This document shows positions 46,953 to 57,087 of a DNA stretch of 64,000 bases, in pieces. The stretch comes from Iphione sp. A-MEVVRFRX5 (lineage: Eukaryota). The translations under genes were made by a program, and so were the position numbers. The stretch lies in assembly GCA_976226885.1 (NCBI GenBank), contig OZ320316.1, positions 66,464,001-66,528,000 on the forward strand, read 5' to 3'. The notes under the pieces were generated by a model, which did not search any database, had not been told where the DNA came from, and saw nothing but the letters and a program-made list of their open reading frames with translations. Every line of letters begins with the position of its first letter. The first letter of the stretch is position 1.

Positions 46953-49900
46953 GACATGTTCTGGTGGAATGAGTCGGAAGTCACAGGGGGTGAAACCAAG
47001 ATATGGGCCTCCAAAGTCGGATGTCGGTCAAATTATTGAAATGGGTTTTCATTGTTTTCATATCTATCATGTCTGGAGCTTATTGTGTGTAAATATTAGA
47101 CTCCTACAATGACTCTTACAATGACTATAAGTGCCTGGTGGACGCTTGAGTGCACAATGACAAAAGAAGCCTTGCTCAGGGCTATTTTTTCAAACTTCAG
47201 CAGCTCGCCTTGCTTTCTTCCCATCATCCTAGGCCCACTTCCAGGGTTCCTGCTGAAAGGGCGCATAGTTCTCTAGCCAATGATGTCTTCAGATTTTGAA
47301 AGTGCATTCTTTTGGACCAATGACCAGGCATTTCAAACAAAGCTGTGATGTAAACAATCATTGTCAATTAGGTCATGTGTAGTGAATGCAGTGAGCTGAT
47401 TGGTCAAGAGCCTCTCGCATGCATTTGTTTGGATTAGTTTAAATGTCTAGCTTCACGGTGAGTGGGCTTGAGTCTCTGCTCTAGCCAAGGATAATAATTG
47501 ATAGAGATGTGAATTATGTAGCATTTAGATAGCGAAGTGTCCGCCAATAACAAGGCACGGCCATGGATAAGGCTTAAGCCTTGGTGTATGCTTTAAACAA
47601 CATCAGGATGTTCAGGAGGTGGAAGAACAATCTGAGGAAGAGGTGGAACCTTTAGTGGAGGTTGATGATCCACTGGTAGTCACTGATCATGCAGAAGAGA
47701 TCCTGAAAGATGAGAGGACACACTGCAAAAACTTCAAGTGAGGTATTTGAACCTGCCATAATGGTGACTTGCAGTTGTTTTCAACATTAAAACATTGTCT
47801 CTGTAGTTGTAAATCCCCTTGCAGATTCTGAAGTATCTTGTGAACATATTAGAATTTATTTTTCTGTTTTATTTAGGGTCATTCTAAAATTTTTTAAACT
47901 ATGGAAAACTGACCATGTGACTGTGAACATTTCCTGTAGGTGTTCTTGCAAACACTACAATGATGACAATGGTAGCAAAGAGTTCATGGCTACTGAGTTG
48001 GCAGACAGATGGCAGGAAGTTTTCCAGCTGTCCTCAGTGACCATTTTCTGAAGATCACTTTGTTTTAACATTTGCCAAAATTATTAATTTATTATTACTA
48101 TTAACTTGTCAATTTCACCTTACCAGAAAAAACAATCCCATGTCAATCCTATTCATCTTGATGAGACATTATATATACCCATCTCTTCTAGGGGAAAAAG
48201 ACATGCTACTTTAAGGCATACTAAGCACAGTTACAGATAAGTGCCATGACATTAACGCGGAAGAAGGGGGAAAAGGGGAAGCATGAGAGATGTGCTCCAT
48301 GTAGCCACTATATGATTGGTTCCAAGGTCATTTGCAGGGATACCTTTAAGTTTATGTATGTGTGAGTATCCCTCATCCTTGTACTTTTTTCCTTCCAGAT
48401 ACCATAATGCTAAAATGTAATTTCCATGTATTTATAGTAGTAATAGTAGTATTTCTAAATAATAGATAAGTATGTCAGAGAGTCATGGATTTGGAATATG
48501 TAACCATCCACCAATTAGATGGTACAACCCACTTGCATTGATGGCCTTCTGTTTTGGTTAAATATTAATGGTGTTTCACTTTACCTTCCAGCATGAACCA
48601 AAACAAACTCACCAACATCATTCAATGGTATAAGGAAAACAGCATTATCCCCTGTGTCAAGAGAGCTGGTGGCAGACAGTCCAAAACCAAGATCCTGCAC
48701 CTCACTGACATCCAGAGAGTTGCAGGGTTCATCACCTCATATGCAGAGACCAACGCCTTGTCCTACCTGGCCATGTAGCTATCCACAGGTGTGATGATAT
48801 CCTCCTCCTCCCCTCATCTACCACTAAGTCGGACATCTACAAACTGTATCATGCAGCTATGGAGAAGTCTTAGTACAGGTGTGTAGCAGATTCTACATTT
48901 TGGAACCAGTGGCTGCAACTTCTCCTTTGTATATTTTGTTCCCAACCCAGAACTGACCTCTGTTGAGAATTTCCTCATCTAGTAATCTCCCCGAGGTAGT
49001 CAAGGCAGCAAAACTCGAGAAGCAGCAGAAATATCTGGAGTAATAGCATGGAGGATGTTTTATCAGAATATGGTGAACAATGCCAAGGCTGCCTATTGGG
49101 AAGCCAATGCCTCTACCCTTGATCCACACCCACCATATCCTGTTGACATAGCTACCCACATCAGTTTTGACTATACCCAGCAGGTCCACGTACCTACCCT
49201 CCCCTCCAATGCAGCCAGGTCCACTGTATTTTCTAGTCCCATGGAAGATGGGCATCTTTGGGGTGCGTAATGAGGCTATTCCATAGCAGGTCAACTATCT
49301 TATAGATGAGGGACACTGTGGCAGTAAGGGAACCAATTCTGTAATCACCTATTTGTGCCACTCTTTTGAGACATTTGATCTCAGGTCATACTCTATTGAC
49401 CTGCACTGTGACAACTGCAATGGCCAGAACAAGAACAATCATGTGGAAGGTCCTGACTGGTCATAACCAAACAATCACTGTTAACTTTCTTATTACTGGC
49501 CACACAAAGTTTTCCTCAGACTGTGCTTCAGTTTGCTGAAATAGAAGTTTCAGCATGAGCCTGTCTCTAGCCTAGCTGAGTTATCTCTGACAGTAGAATG
49601 GAGTACTTGGGATCAGGTGAATATTCCCCAGCTTGTTGGCAATGAGTCTGAGAATGTTCAAGTGCCATCCTATGACCGACAAGCTTCCTTCTCACCTTTT
49701 GTCTGATGTTTGTAAGGTATTAAGCAATATCATTGTTTTGAGTTCTCAAACCGGAACCCTGGGGTTATTTCCTTCTGCCAGTATGCAGACAGCCAGCCAA
49801 ACACTTTCAAGATGCTAAGTGTTAGCACCCAAACTGTCACCAGGGACCTTCTCCTACCTGTTCCCTCTCCTGGTTTGTCCACAAAGAGACAGTGGTACCT

Positions 49901-50744
49901 CTTCAAGAACATCAGAGACATGTGCACAGAGGAGACCAAAGACATCATGTGCCCGAAGCCCTCTGTTCTTGAGCTCACTGTGACAGGAGCAGAGTAGGAC
50001 ACAGAGCCAAGACCAGCTCCAGACCCATCTCCAGGACCTACTGATAAAGGCCCTAAATGAGGCAGGGGAAGGGCCAGGGGCAGGGGCAGAGCCAGAGACA
50101 GAAGTAGAGGTAGTGGCAGAAGCAGAGGCAAAGGTAGAGGCACTGTGCCAGGACCCCAGACACTTCAGAGGAGGAGGAGGAGGAAAAGATATTCAGACAA
50201 ATGGAGAGCATAACTTCCAAGACTATGCTTTTAAACAGCCCAAGAGAATCATGAACACTTACACAGACTATTTTTCAAGACTAGGGTCAACCTACAGCTG
50301 CTTTTAAGCTTTTAGATGGGGGTACTGTGAAACTTTGTACTTGCCTTTTTAGGTTAAGTTTCCATTCCGGAGTGAGAATTTGTCATGTTTTCAGAGGCTG
50401 GCATGAATAAAATTTCATCTCTTAAAATGCATGTTTCTTTGTAATTTTGTAGCTTAGTGTAGATAGATTATGTTCATTTTTAAGATGATTGAGAATCAAG
50501 TTGCTATGGTTATTCTAGAAGACCGTAGTAGAATGCACCTACCATAACGTCAAAGGCCAACATCTCAGTTTCTCATTTGCAGTTTACCACAATACTACAT
50601 AGCTTTGTCGCATCACAATATTTTGCCTTATCATGGTAGAAAGACATGCTATACCTCATTAGAAAGCTATGCAATAGCATATTTCAATATGTGTAAGCAA
50701 AATTTGATTTTTTTGACTTCTGACTCATTTTGCCAGAAAGGCTC
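46953..50744 (+). mobile_element. ~3.8-kb TIR DNA transposon with a decayed, intron-containing Sola-like DDD transposase
   Basis: TIR TTCTGGTGGAATGAGTCGGAAGTCA (46959-46983) vs TGACTTCTGACTCATTTTGCCAGAAAGGCTC (50714-50744). Transposase motifs are listed in the next feature. Sola subgroup not assigned. Confidence 0.72.
47590..49995 (+). pseudogene. Sola-like transposase pseudogene (exons about 47590-47741, 47940-48050, 48590-49995)
   Basis: GCSCK; FITSYAETNAL.LPG; LLPSSTTK; HISFDY (D at 49169); YLIDEG..KG.NSVI; LHCDNCNGQNKN (D at 49410); FLITGHTKFSSD (D at 49519); GIKQYHCFEFS. Many stops and frameshifts. Confidence 0.78.
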
Positions 50745-51779
50745 AAATATATAACATTTTTTGTTTTTAAAATAAATCTCTTTATAAATGAAGTAAGTAA
50801 TACAGCAAAACTCTAATCCGCCCTATAGTAAGATTTATATATAGGATGTTGAAAATTTATTTGCACCTTACCGTGACACTGTCATATTTTTCCAGCATGA
50901 AGATACTTCTTCACGTGCTGTCTTTGGTATGAATAGCTAGTTGCTGATGGAGGCTGTTAACAAACTGATAACTAATTTCTATGTATATATAATCTGAAAG
51001 TAGTTCATAAAAGAATACGTTCAAATTAATTCTGCGTAGGAGCGGTCATACTCCTACTGGATACTTCCGTATGTAGTTCTGACGCAGATCTGTTGGTGTG
51101 GTTTTTCTGCAGTGTGAATACCGCGCATCAAACTGCATCTCTTCGTATCTCTACGTGCACAACTAGCAACCATTCTGTTACTTTTGCGCTCTTCGACTGA
51201 CCTATTATATATTTTGAACTACAAAATTGATAAATCATTTCTCTGGTCTTTGCCGAATGATTTATTATGCCCGCACGTCTATGCAATTTAAAAGTTCCTA
51301 TTAAACAGCTTTTTCCCCAGTGGATGGTAATCATCTGGACGCAGGCTTTTTCGTATGAGAATTTAACATTTGATTTTTGAGAATTGTTTGTCTGTTCGCC
51401 AGCTACATGATCATCTGTAAGCACGGTACGACTTAAAATAAGGTTGTACAATATGATGATTTTATTCTGTAGTTGAACTAAATCAGCGTGCATTTCAAAC
51501 TGGTATGTGAACGTGTGAACAGGTAGTGCATATAATTTTAGACATATTTTCCTTCCTCATTGATGCACAGCACGATTCCATCATCTCACAGTCAACCGTA
51601 AGACAAGAAATTAATTCTCTGCACATTTCTTTTAGAGGGCTCTTGGCGACAAACTTGAGTTTAAATGCATGAGAACAGACATCTAGACACCAGAACCAGA
51701 GGCAGGAGAAGATTTGAACCATGGTTTGGGAGGAAACGCTAAGAGGCAGATCAAACAGCTGAAAGATGAGATAAAGCGA

Positions 51780-52812
51780 ATGTTGGCTTCAAGGTCGTCC
51801 ATTTCATCTTCCGGATCTCACAAAGGTGATTGGAATAAGAAGCAGACCAGGAAATGGCTGTGGTCAAAAACACTGCTGAGGGAACGTTTGTGTGCTCGAA
51901 CTGTTTCCCTGAGGACCATTTCAAGTGAAATTACCCGTCACTTCCTAAGACCTCTGTTGCAGATAGAGGGGTGGTCATGTCTAAAAAGGTGATAAATGCC
52001 AGAGTGCCGACATCCAGGAACAGCGAGTAGGTGTGGTGGCAGGCCGAGGTTTGTACCTTCAAACGAATTTAGAAGGACATTGGACACAAATGGCATCTTC
52101 ATGAGGAAAAAAGAAGTGCACTGAGTATAGCTTGACTTGATGACAGATTTATGTAGTTAAAATGTTTGTAAGATGTTTCTAGCATTTCAGAATTAAAGTA
52201 TGATGGTATGAGTATTTTTCTGAAATTTTGGCCCACAAATGTATGTCTTTAGTATGTTTTACAGGTCAATTTATTCTCCATGTATTTTAATTAAATAAAA
52301 AACTGAGATTACCTCACCAACCTAGTAAGGATAAAGAGGCTGAGTGGGAGTCAAAGCTGGTATTGTACCAGGATGAAATGGCCTGGTGTGACATATTGAT
52401 GACCAATATGCCAGGTATCCTTTTTTTGTATCTTATCCATTGCAGCTGTATATGATGTACATGTATTAGTTAAATTTGAATGACGTGCATGTCATATTTT
52501 CTATATTCTGTATGAGTTTGTACAATCTTATCTGTGGTGCGGGTGCCTTATGTATTTTATATGTACTCTGTAAGAGATTGGTATTGTATTACGTCAGTAT
52601 GGGAAATTTTGATATGTAGGTGATGGCAGTGGTGTTGATGAAGGCAATAATCCCTGTGACCAAATGGAGACTGATGCTAAAGGGCAGGACATGGATCCCC
52701 AGAGCCAGGAGGGAGAGGAGGGCACCCATGCAGATGAACAGGCTGAGCAAAAGGATATGGAGCCCCAGCGCCCAACTGAGGTCAACATGGCACCACTGAC
52801 TGTGGACCCTTA
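51780..52812 (+). pseudogene. Possible decayed companion DNA-binding gene of the Harbinger element (weak THAP-like traces and an acidic exon)
   Basis: Fragmentary FHLP / RKW / FVCSNCFPEDHF at about 51800-51930; open acidic exon GDGSGVDEG...LTVDP* at 52620-52812 after a TAG acceptor. Convergent with the transposase, as in Harbinger elements. Confidence 0.3.
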
Positions 52813-53014
52813 GTGCCAGTGCCAGAAGGAGCAGGAGGAGGACGTCCCTTGAGGACTTGAGGGCATAGGTCAAGCAGGCTCTCGGAGATTGCCCTCCCTA
52901 GAGGAGACCTAGCAAAGATCCCGCCATCCCTCTTCTTTCCACAGTGTCCGATGTCAGTGTAGGTGAATTGGTAATTAACATCAAAGGTTACCATCAGCAC
53001 GGTACTGAAGGTAC
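52800..53014 (-). pseudogene. PIF/Harbinger transposase exon fragment (DDE_Tnp_4/HARBI1-like)
   Basis: (G)TFSTVLMVTFDVNYQFTYTDIGHCGKKRDGGIFARSPLGRAI matches FS.VL.A..DA.Y.F...DIG..G..SDGGIF; preceded by acceptor TTGTTTCTTGTAG at 53015. Confidence 0.82.
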
Positions 53015-53030
53015 CTACAAGAAACAATAT

Positions 53031-53341
53031 TGTAACGTCCGCTCCGCAAGTACGACATAACTCCAGTTAAGATAAAGAGGTTTATTCAGTAAGAACAATA
53101 TGAGCATAAGCAGTGAGCACCAACAGTGAGCACCAAAGGTAATCTGAACTGCCCGGGTGGGCCAACTCCCTTATATACCCACCCCCAGTCTCCTCAGCAT
53201 CCGGGTACCGGACCCCTCATACTCCGCAGCACCCCTTCGAGTGCTGCACGGGGGCGTGCCACTGCACCCCACCAGTCCAATCCACTGTGTCGCAGCACCC
53301 CTGGTGTGCCGCGGTGCCGCAGCCACGCAGTGGCTCCAACA
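53031..53341 (-). repeat. 3' LTR, 311 bp (TGTTGGAG...GACGTTACA)
   Basis: TGT...ACA termini; directly follows the PPT; TATATAA at 53177-53171 and AATAAA at 53086-53081. The partner LTR is outside the window, so it cannot be confirmed. Confidence 0.82.
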
Positions 53342-53355
53342 TTGCCCTCCCCTTA
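53342..53355 (-). promoter_or_regulatory. Polypurine tract (TAAGGGGAGGGCAA)
   Basis: Purine run abutting the TGT start of the LTR. Confidence 0.8.
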
Positions 53356-53532
53356 GAGGTTGCTTGTCCCCAAGCAACTCGCTTCCCAACCGTAACTGCA
53401 ACTGTAACTGTCTGTAACTGTTCAACACTCTCAAGTCCTAGGGCGGTCTGGCGTCTAAGTCCGGTACCACATTCCTCGTAATGTCGCGAATCCAGGGGCA
53501 GTCCGATCATCAGCTATACCCGCTACTCCGAA

Positions 53533-56500
53533 TCACAGGTAAACCGTCCATGACTCGCGGATGTGGACTTCCACGTTGCCCCCGGCGGTGGGCTCCTCCC
53601 GCCACGTGGACAGAAGCCGCACTGGACGGCCCCGCGTCAGTACCGTCCCGTAGTTGGCGTACCATGTGGCCAGCTCGCTGCCTGGGACCGGCACCCCAAG
53701 TCGTCGGAAGGTGACGGTCTGCCGGAGGACGACCTTCACCTGCCCGGCGGTGAGCACCTGCACATCCAAAGCCGAGGAGTTAGAAATGACCATCCACCCG
53801 GGTGGTAGGGTGGATTCTGGTGACACCAAACGTGATGCCGCCCAGACGTACACGGCGGCCGGAACCTCTTCCTCCGCTCCTGACGAGCCTGACACGTCTT
53901 GCAGGGATGCTCCCGTCCCAGGGGTTGGCCAGGCCGACCAAGGTACGCTGGGAGGTGCGGGCGGGCCAGAGGGGAGGTTTGGCCGCGTCCCCCACCCCCC
54001 CGGCCCCGGGAGCGCCGGTGGCCCCAGCGCAAGGGAGGGGCCCGAGGGAGGGCGTGCCCCGCGGCCAGGGCCCGGTGTCGGGCCGCGCGGACGCCCTCCT
54101 GGCGATGCTGCTGCTGTTGGATCCTCCCAAGGTCTGACGGGGGCCACTCCGCGGGGGCTCGCTCTTCCCTCGCCTCCTGAGGTTCCCGGGGTGGATGTGA
54201 AAGGGGGCCCCCGTCCGCGACCCCTTGTGGTCTCTCCAGCCGTCACAGGCACGCCGGCCCCGCCTTGCTTCTTTCGGGGTCCTTCCGGCCGAGTTATCCC
54301 CGGTACTGGGGACGTGCCCTGACCTCGGGTCCGCCCTGCGGACCAGCTCCCTCTCCCTCGCGAGGGCGGCGGCACCAGCTGGAGATGAAGTGGAGGGGCC
54401 CGACGCACCCCCTCCGCCGGCCCCCTAGGCTCTCTAGGCCGCTCTGGGCTCGCCGTCACTTCGGTGGCGTCTTCTTGTCGACTTCCAGTCGGTACTTCCT
54501 CGGGGGTCGTGCTTGTGGCTGGGCTGGCGGCGGGGCTGGTGGCTGGCCCAACCCCTTCTGTTGTGGCTACCTCGTCCCCTGTCGGCCCACTGGGCTCGTG
54601 TGTCCGCCCTGGGCCCGGCGTCACCTCTTCGCCTCTCCGCTCCAGGGTGGTTGGAATGTTCCGCTGGCTCTCCGCTGGCGCCTCTACGATGATCGGGCTC
54701 ACGGCTGAACTGGCCGTGAGGTCGGGAGTTGGGCCGGCCCCCTCGGTGGCAGTAAGGTTGGGTATCACGCCGCCACCCGGGCTCTCCTCCGTCTCCGCCT
54801 CCTTCTGCGTCACGGAAGTTGGGACCTCTTCCTGCTGCGGACTCTCCGGAGGTCTTGCCGTGATTCCCACTGTGTCTGCGTCGTTGGTCCCCAGAGGCAC
54901 CCTCGGTTCCGTGGGCATGGTTGGCTGGGGACCCCTGGAATCAGTGTCTGGCACGGGTGAGCTGTGCGGGCGCAGGGCCGTGCCGTCGGAGGGGGGCTCC
55001 GGCTCCTCCTCGGAGGATTCCTCCTCAAAGAGGGTCTCCAGCTCCTGGTCCTCCTCACCGTCGTCCCCGGGGGCCTGCCCCTCACTCGAGGACCCGTGTG
55101 TCATGGTCGGGCCTGTGGTCAAGGGCTCCCCGGCTGGGTCAGCCTCCGCGGCCCCCCCCAATCTCGGCTTCTTGGCTGGCGACGGTGTGATGGACCCAGG
55201 CGGTGTTACAAGGTCTACCACGTCTCCCTCCACCGGCCGTTCCCAACCTACGCCTAGGCGTTCGTCCAGCCGACGTTCGTCTTCTTCCCACGATGGCGCT
55301 CCACTCGGGGTCCCTGGCCTGGGCTCCCTGCGACGGTCGGGGGCACCCCTGCCCATGCCAGGGAGGCGACATGGGGGTGACAGCCCGACAGACCGGGCCG
55401 TGGGGGAGGCCCGGAAGGTCGCTCGCACTCCCACCTGGCGAGTCCCCGCTGCACCGGAGAGTCCGGACAATCCCTCGGCCCTCGGCTCCACGGTCGTTAC
55501 CCGGGGCAGGGTCACCTGCAGTTGTGGGGGAGGCTCGTCAGCCGACGTCTGGCTAGCTGAGTCCAGGAACAGTCTGTGTCCCTTGTAGTGCGACGCCCCG
55601 GCAGGCAGGTCTATGTTGTCGGGCGTGGCTACCTCTGGCCATGGTGGGGGGGCGTCCCGTCCTTCTTTTTCTCGGGAAGGGGGGCGGTGCGATCTCGCAT
55701 ACGTGCGAGTGGCCAAACGCTGGTCCAAGCGGGGCGGGGATCCCGATCCCCCACTGCCCTGACTGTCTCCCGTCGCGGCTCCCGTGGAGCCAGTGTGCTG
55801 GCCTAGGGCTTCCTGGGGCGAGGGCTCGGCCGTGGAAGGGGTGCTGCCATCCCCCGCCCCGTCGGGGGTTCCTGTGCCGCGATCCGACGTCTGACCGGAG
55901 ACGGGGGACCCCCCTCCCTTGCTGTCTGGCGGGAGATCGGGCATGGCCGACGCTGGAGGCCCGGGGGCGCGATGGTCAGGCCCCTCCTCGCGAAGGACGC
56001 TGGCCGCCCATTCCTTCACCAAGCGCCGCGCCTCGTCTGTGGAAGAGTCCCGGCCCGAGCTGCTACTAGGCGGGGGACCCGGTGGGGTATGCGGTCCTTG
56101 GTGTGGGGCATCCTCTGAGCGGCCCGTCCCTCGTCCCTCCAGAGCAACAGTAGTACCCTCGGCGCCAGGAGGGCGTGGCGGTGCCCCCTTATCCGGTTCC
56201 GGTGCCCCTGTGGTTGCGGGCGGTGGGGGGGGTCCGGCGCAACTGCTCCCACTCTGGTCGGCGTCCCCGGTCATGGTCTCCTCCCCACCCAGGGGGCCCG
56301 ACGACACTGTCCGGGATACCACTCCCGGCGCCCGGGCAGACGGCAGGGCACTCTCCTCCGACGAACTGGGAGGGGGATCCCTCCGTTGTCGGGTGGACGC
56401 TCCTCGTCGCCGTCGTGCCTTCCGGGTCCCCCCGATTGCTCGGGGTCCCGACGGGGTCGACGCGCCAGTAGACGTCGACGGCTGCACTGGCGGTGGCTCC

Positions 56501-57087
56501 GCCCAGTCCTCTGGCTGCTTGGCCGATGGACCGGCTTCGGGCCCTTGCTGCCGCTGGGTTGCAGCCCCTGGGATGGCTGCGGAGGGTCCCTCTGCTCGGT
56601 TGTCGCTACCTTCTTCCGGCGTAGCGGAGCGCCCTCTTTTCTTACTGCTTCGCTTGGAGGCCCCTCTATGCGTCGGGAGTCGGCCCGCCGCCCTGCGGGC
56701 CCGGGCTCGCATCTCCACCTTATCGGCCGGGCAGAGACGCGGCTCCCCGTAGGTGGGGTTGAGACCCCAGAACCGCAGGTACTGGAGGTCCACTGTCAGG
56801 GCCCAATCGTTGGGTTCGTGGACCCCATTCAGGTGCCGCTTCCAGTCGGTGTGCCGGTGGAAGGCTTGTTGCTCACACTCGGGGTCGGGGCACAGCCAGC
56901 CCAATCCCTCAGGCGCGTGCACATCTTTCAGGTGGCGGTGCAGGTTGGACGGCTGTGTGAACGTGGACGCACAGCGGGAGCAGCGGTGACGGCGCTCCTC
57001 CGGGGCACCTGGTTCCTCCTCGCCAGAGGACCCCGAGTCATCGCTCCCAGCGTCGGGTGGGGGGGCGTCCTCTGGTGCGTCAGCCAT
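53533..57087 (-). CDS. Retrotransposon accessory ORF3, 1184 aa: two C2H2 zinc fingers, long P/G/S/T/E-rich disordered region, unknown C-terminal domain
   Basis: Uninterrupted 3555-nt frame from ATG 57087 (GACGACATGG; the track starts at an upstream GTG). Fingers CSRCASTFTQPSNLHRHLKDVH and CPDPECEQQAFHRHTDWKRHLNGVH at 56982-56818. No signal peptide or TM segment. Confidence 0.85.
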   Translation of the reverse strand: MADAPEDAPPPDAGSDDSGSSGEEEPGAPEERRHRCSRCASTFTQPSNLHRHLKDVHAPEGLGWLCPDPECEQQAFHRHTDWKRHLNGVHEPNDWALTVDLQYLRFWGLNPTYGEPRLCPADKVEMRARARRAAGRLPTHRGASKRSSKKRGRSATPEEGSDNRAEGPSAAIPGAATQRQQGPEAGPSAKQPEDWAEPPPVQPSTSTGASTPSGPRAIGGTRKARRRRGASTRQRRDPPPSSSEESALPSARAPGVVSRTVSSGPLGGEETMTGDADQSGSSCAGPPPPPATTGAPEPDKGAPPRPPGAEGTTVALEGRGTGRSEDAPHQGPHTPPGPPPSSSSGRDSSTDEARRLVKEWAASVLREEGPDHRAPGPPASAMPDLPPDSKGGGSPVSGQTSDRGTGTPDGAGDGSTPSTAEPSPQEALGQHTGSTGAATGDSQGSGGSGSPPRLDQRLATRTYARSHRPPSREKEGRDAPPPWPEVATPDNIDLPAGASHYKGHRLFLDSASQTSADEPPPQLQVTLPRVTTVEPRAEGLSGLSGAAGTRQVGVRATFRASPTARSVGLSPPCRLPGMGRGAPDRRREPRPGTPSGAPSWEEDERRLDERLGVGWERPVEGDVVDLVTPPGSITPSPAKKPRLGGAAEADPAGEPLTTGPTMTHGSSSEGQAPGDDGEEDQELETLFEEESSEEEPEPPSDGTALRPHSSPVPDTDSRGPQPTMPTEPRVPLGTNDADTVGITARPPESPQQEEVPTSVTQKEAETEESPGGGVIPNLTATEGAGPTPDLTASSAVSPIIVEAPAESQRNIPTTLERRGEEVTPGPGRTHEPSGPTGDEVATTEGVGPATSPAASPATSTTPEEVPTGSRQEDATEVTASPERPREPRGPAEGVRRAPPLHLQLVPPPSRGRGSWSAGRTRGQGTSPVPGITRPEGPRKKQGGAGVPVTAGETTRGRGRGPPFTSTPGTSGGEGRASPRGVAPVRPWEDPTAAASPGGRPRGPTPGPGRGARPPSGPSLALGPPALPGPGGWGTRPNLPSGPPAPPSVPWSAWPTPGTGASLQDVSGSSGAEEEVPAAVYVWAASRLVSPESTLPPGWMVISNSSALDVQVLTAGQVKVVLRQTVTFRRLGVPVPGSELATWYANYGTVLTRGRPVRLLSTWREEPTAGGNVEVHIRESWTVYL

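Noticed and set aside
48893-50143. Minus-strand ORFs of 133 and 137 aa (LPLPL repeats)
   Set aside because: Antisense to the Sola-like transposase and to a purine-rich simple repeat.
51128-51722. Two nearly contiguous minus-strand ORFs (75 and 121 aa, Cys-rich)
   Set aside because: No recognisable domain or splice context; I could neither assign nor exclude a TE origin without a search.
53031-53266. Shorter 236-bp LTR starting TGCAGTGG after GGACTGGTGGGG
   Set aside because: A better PPT (AAGGGGAGGG) followed by canonical TGT lies at 53341.
53533-57087. ORF3 as a retroviral-type envelope or mucin-like surface protein
   Set aside because: No N-terminal signal peptide, no hydrophobic membrane anchor and no fusion peptide; it has zinc fingers and NLS-like motifs instead.
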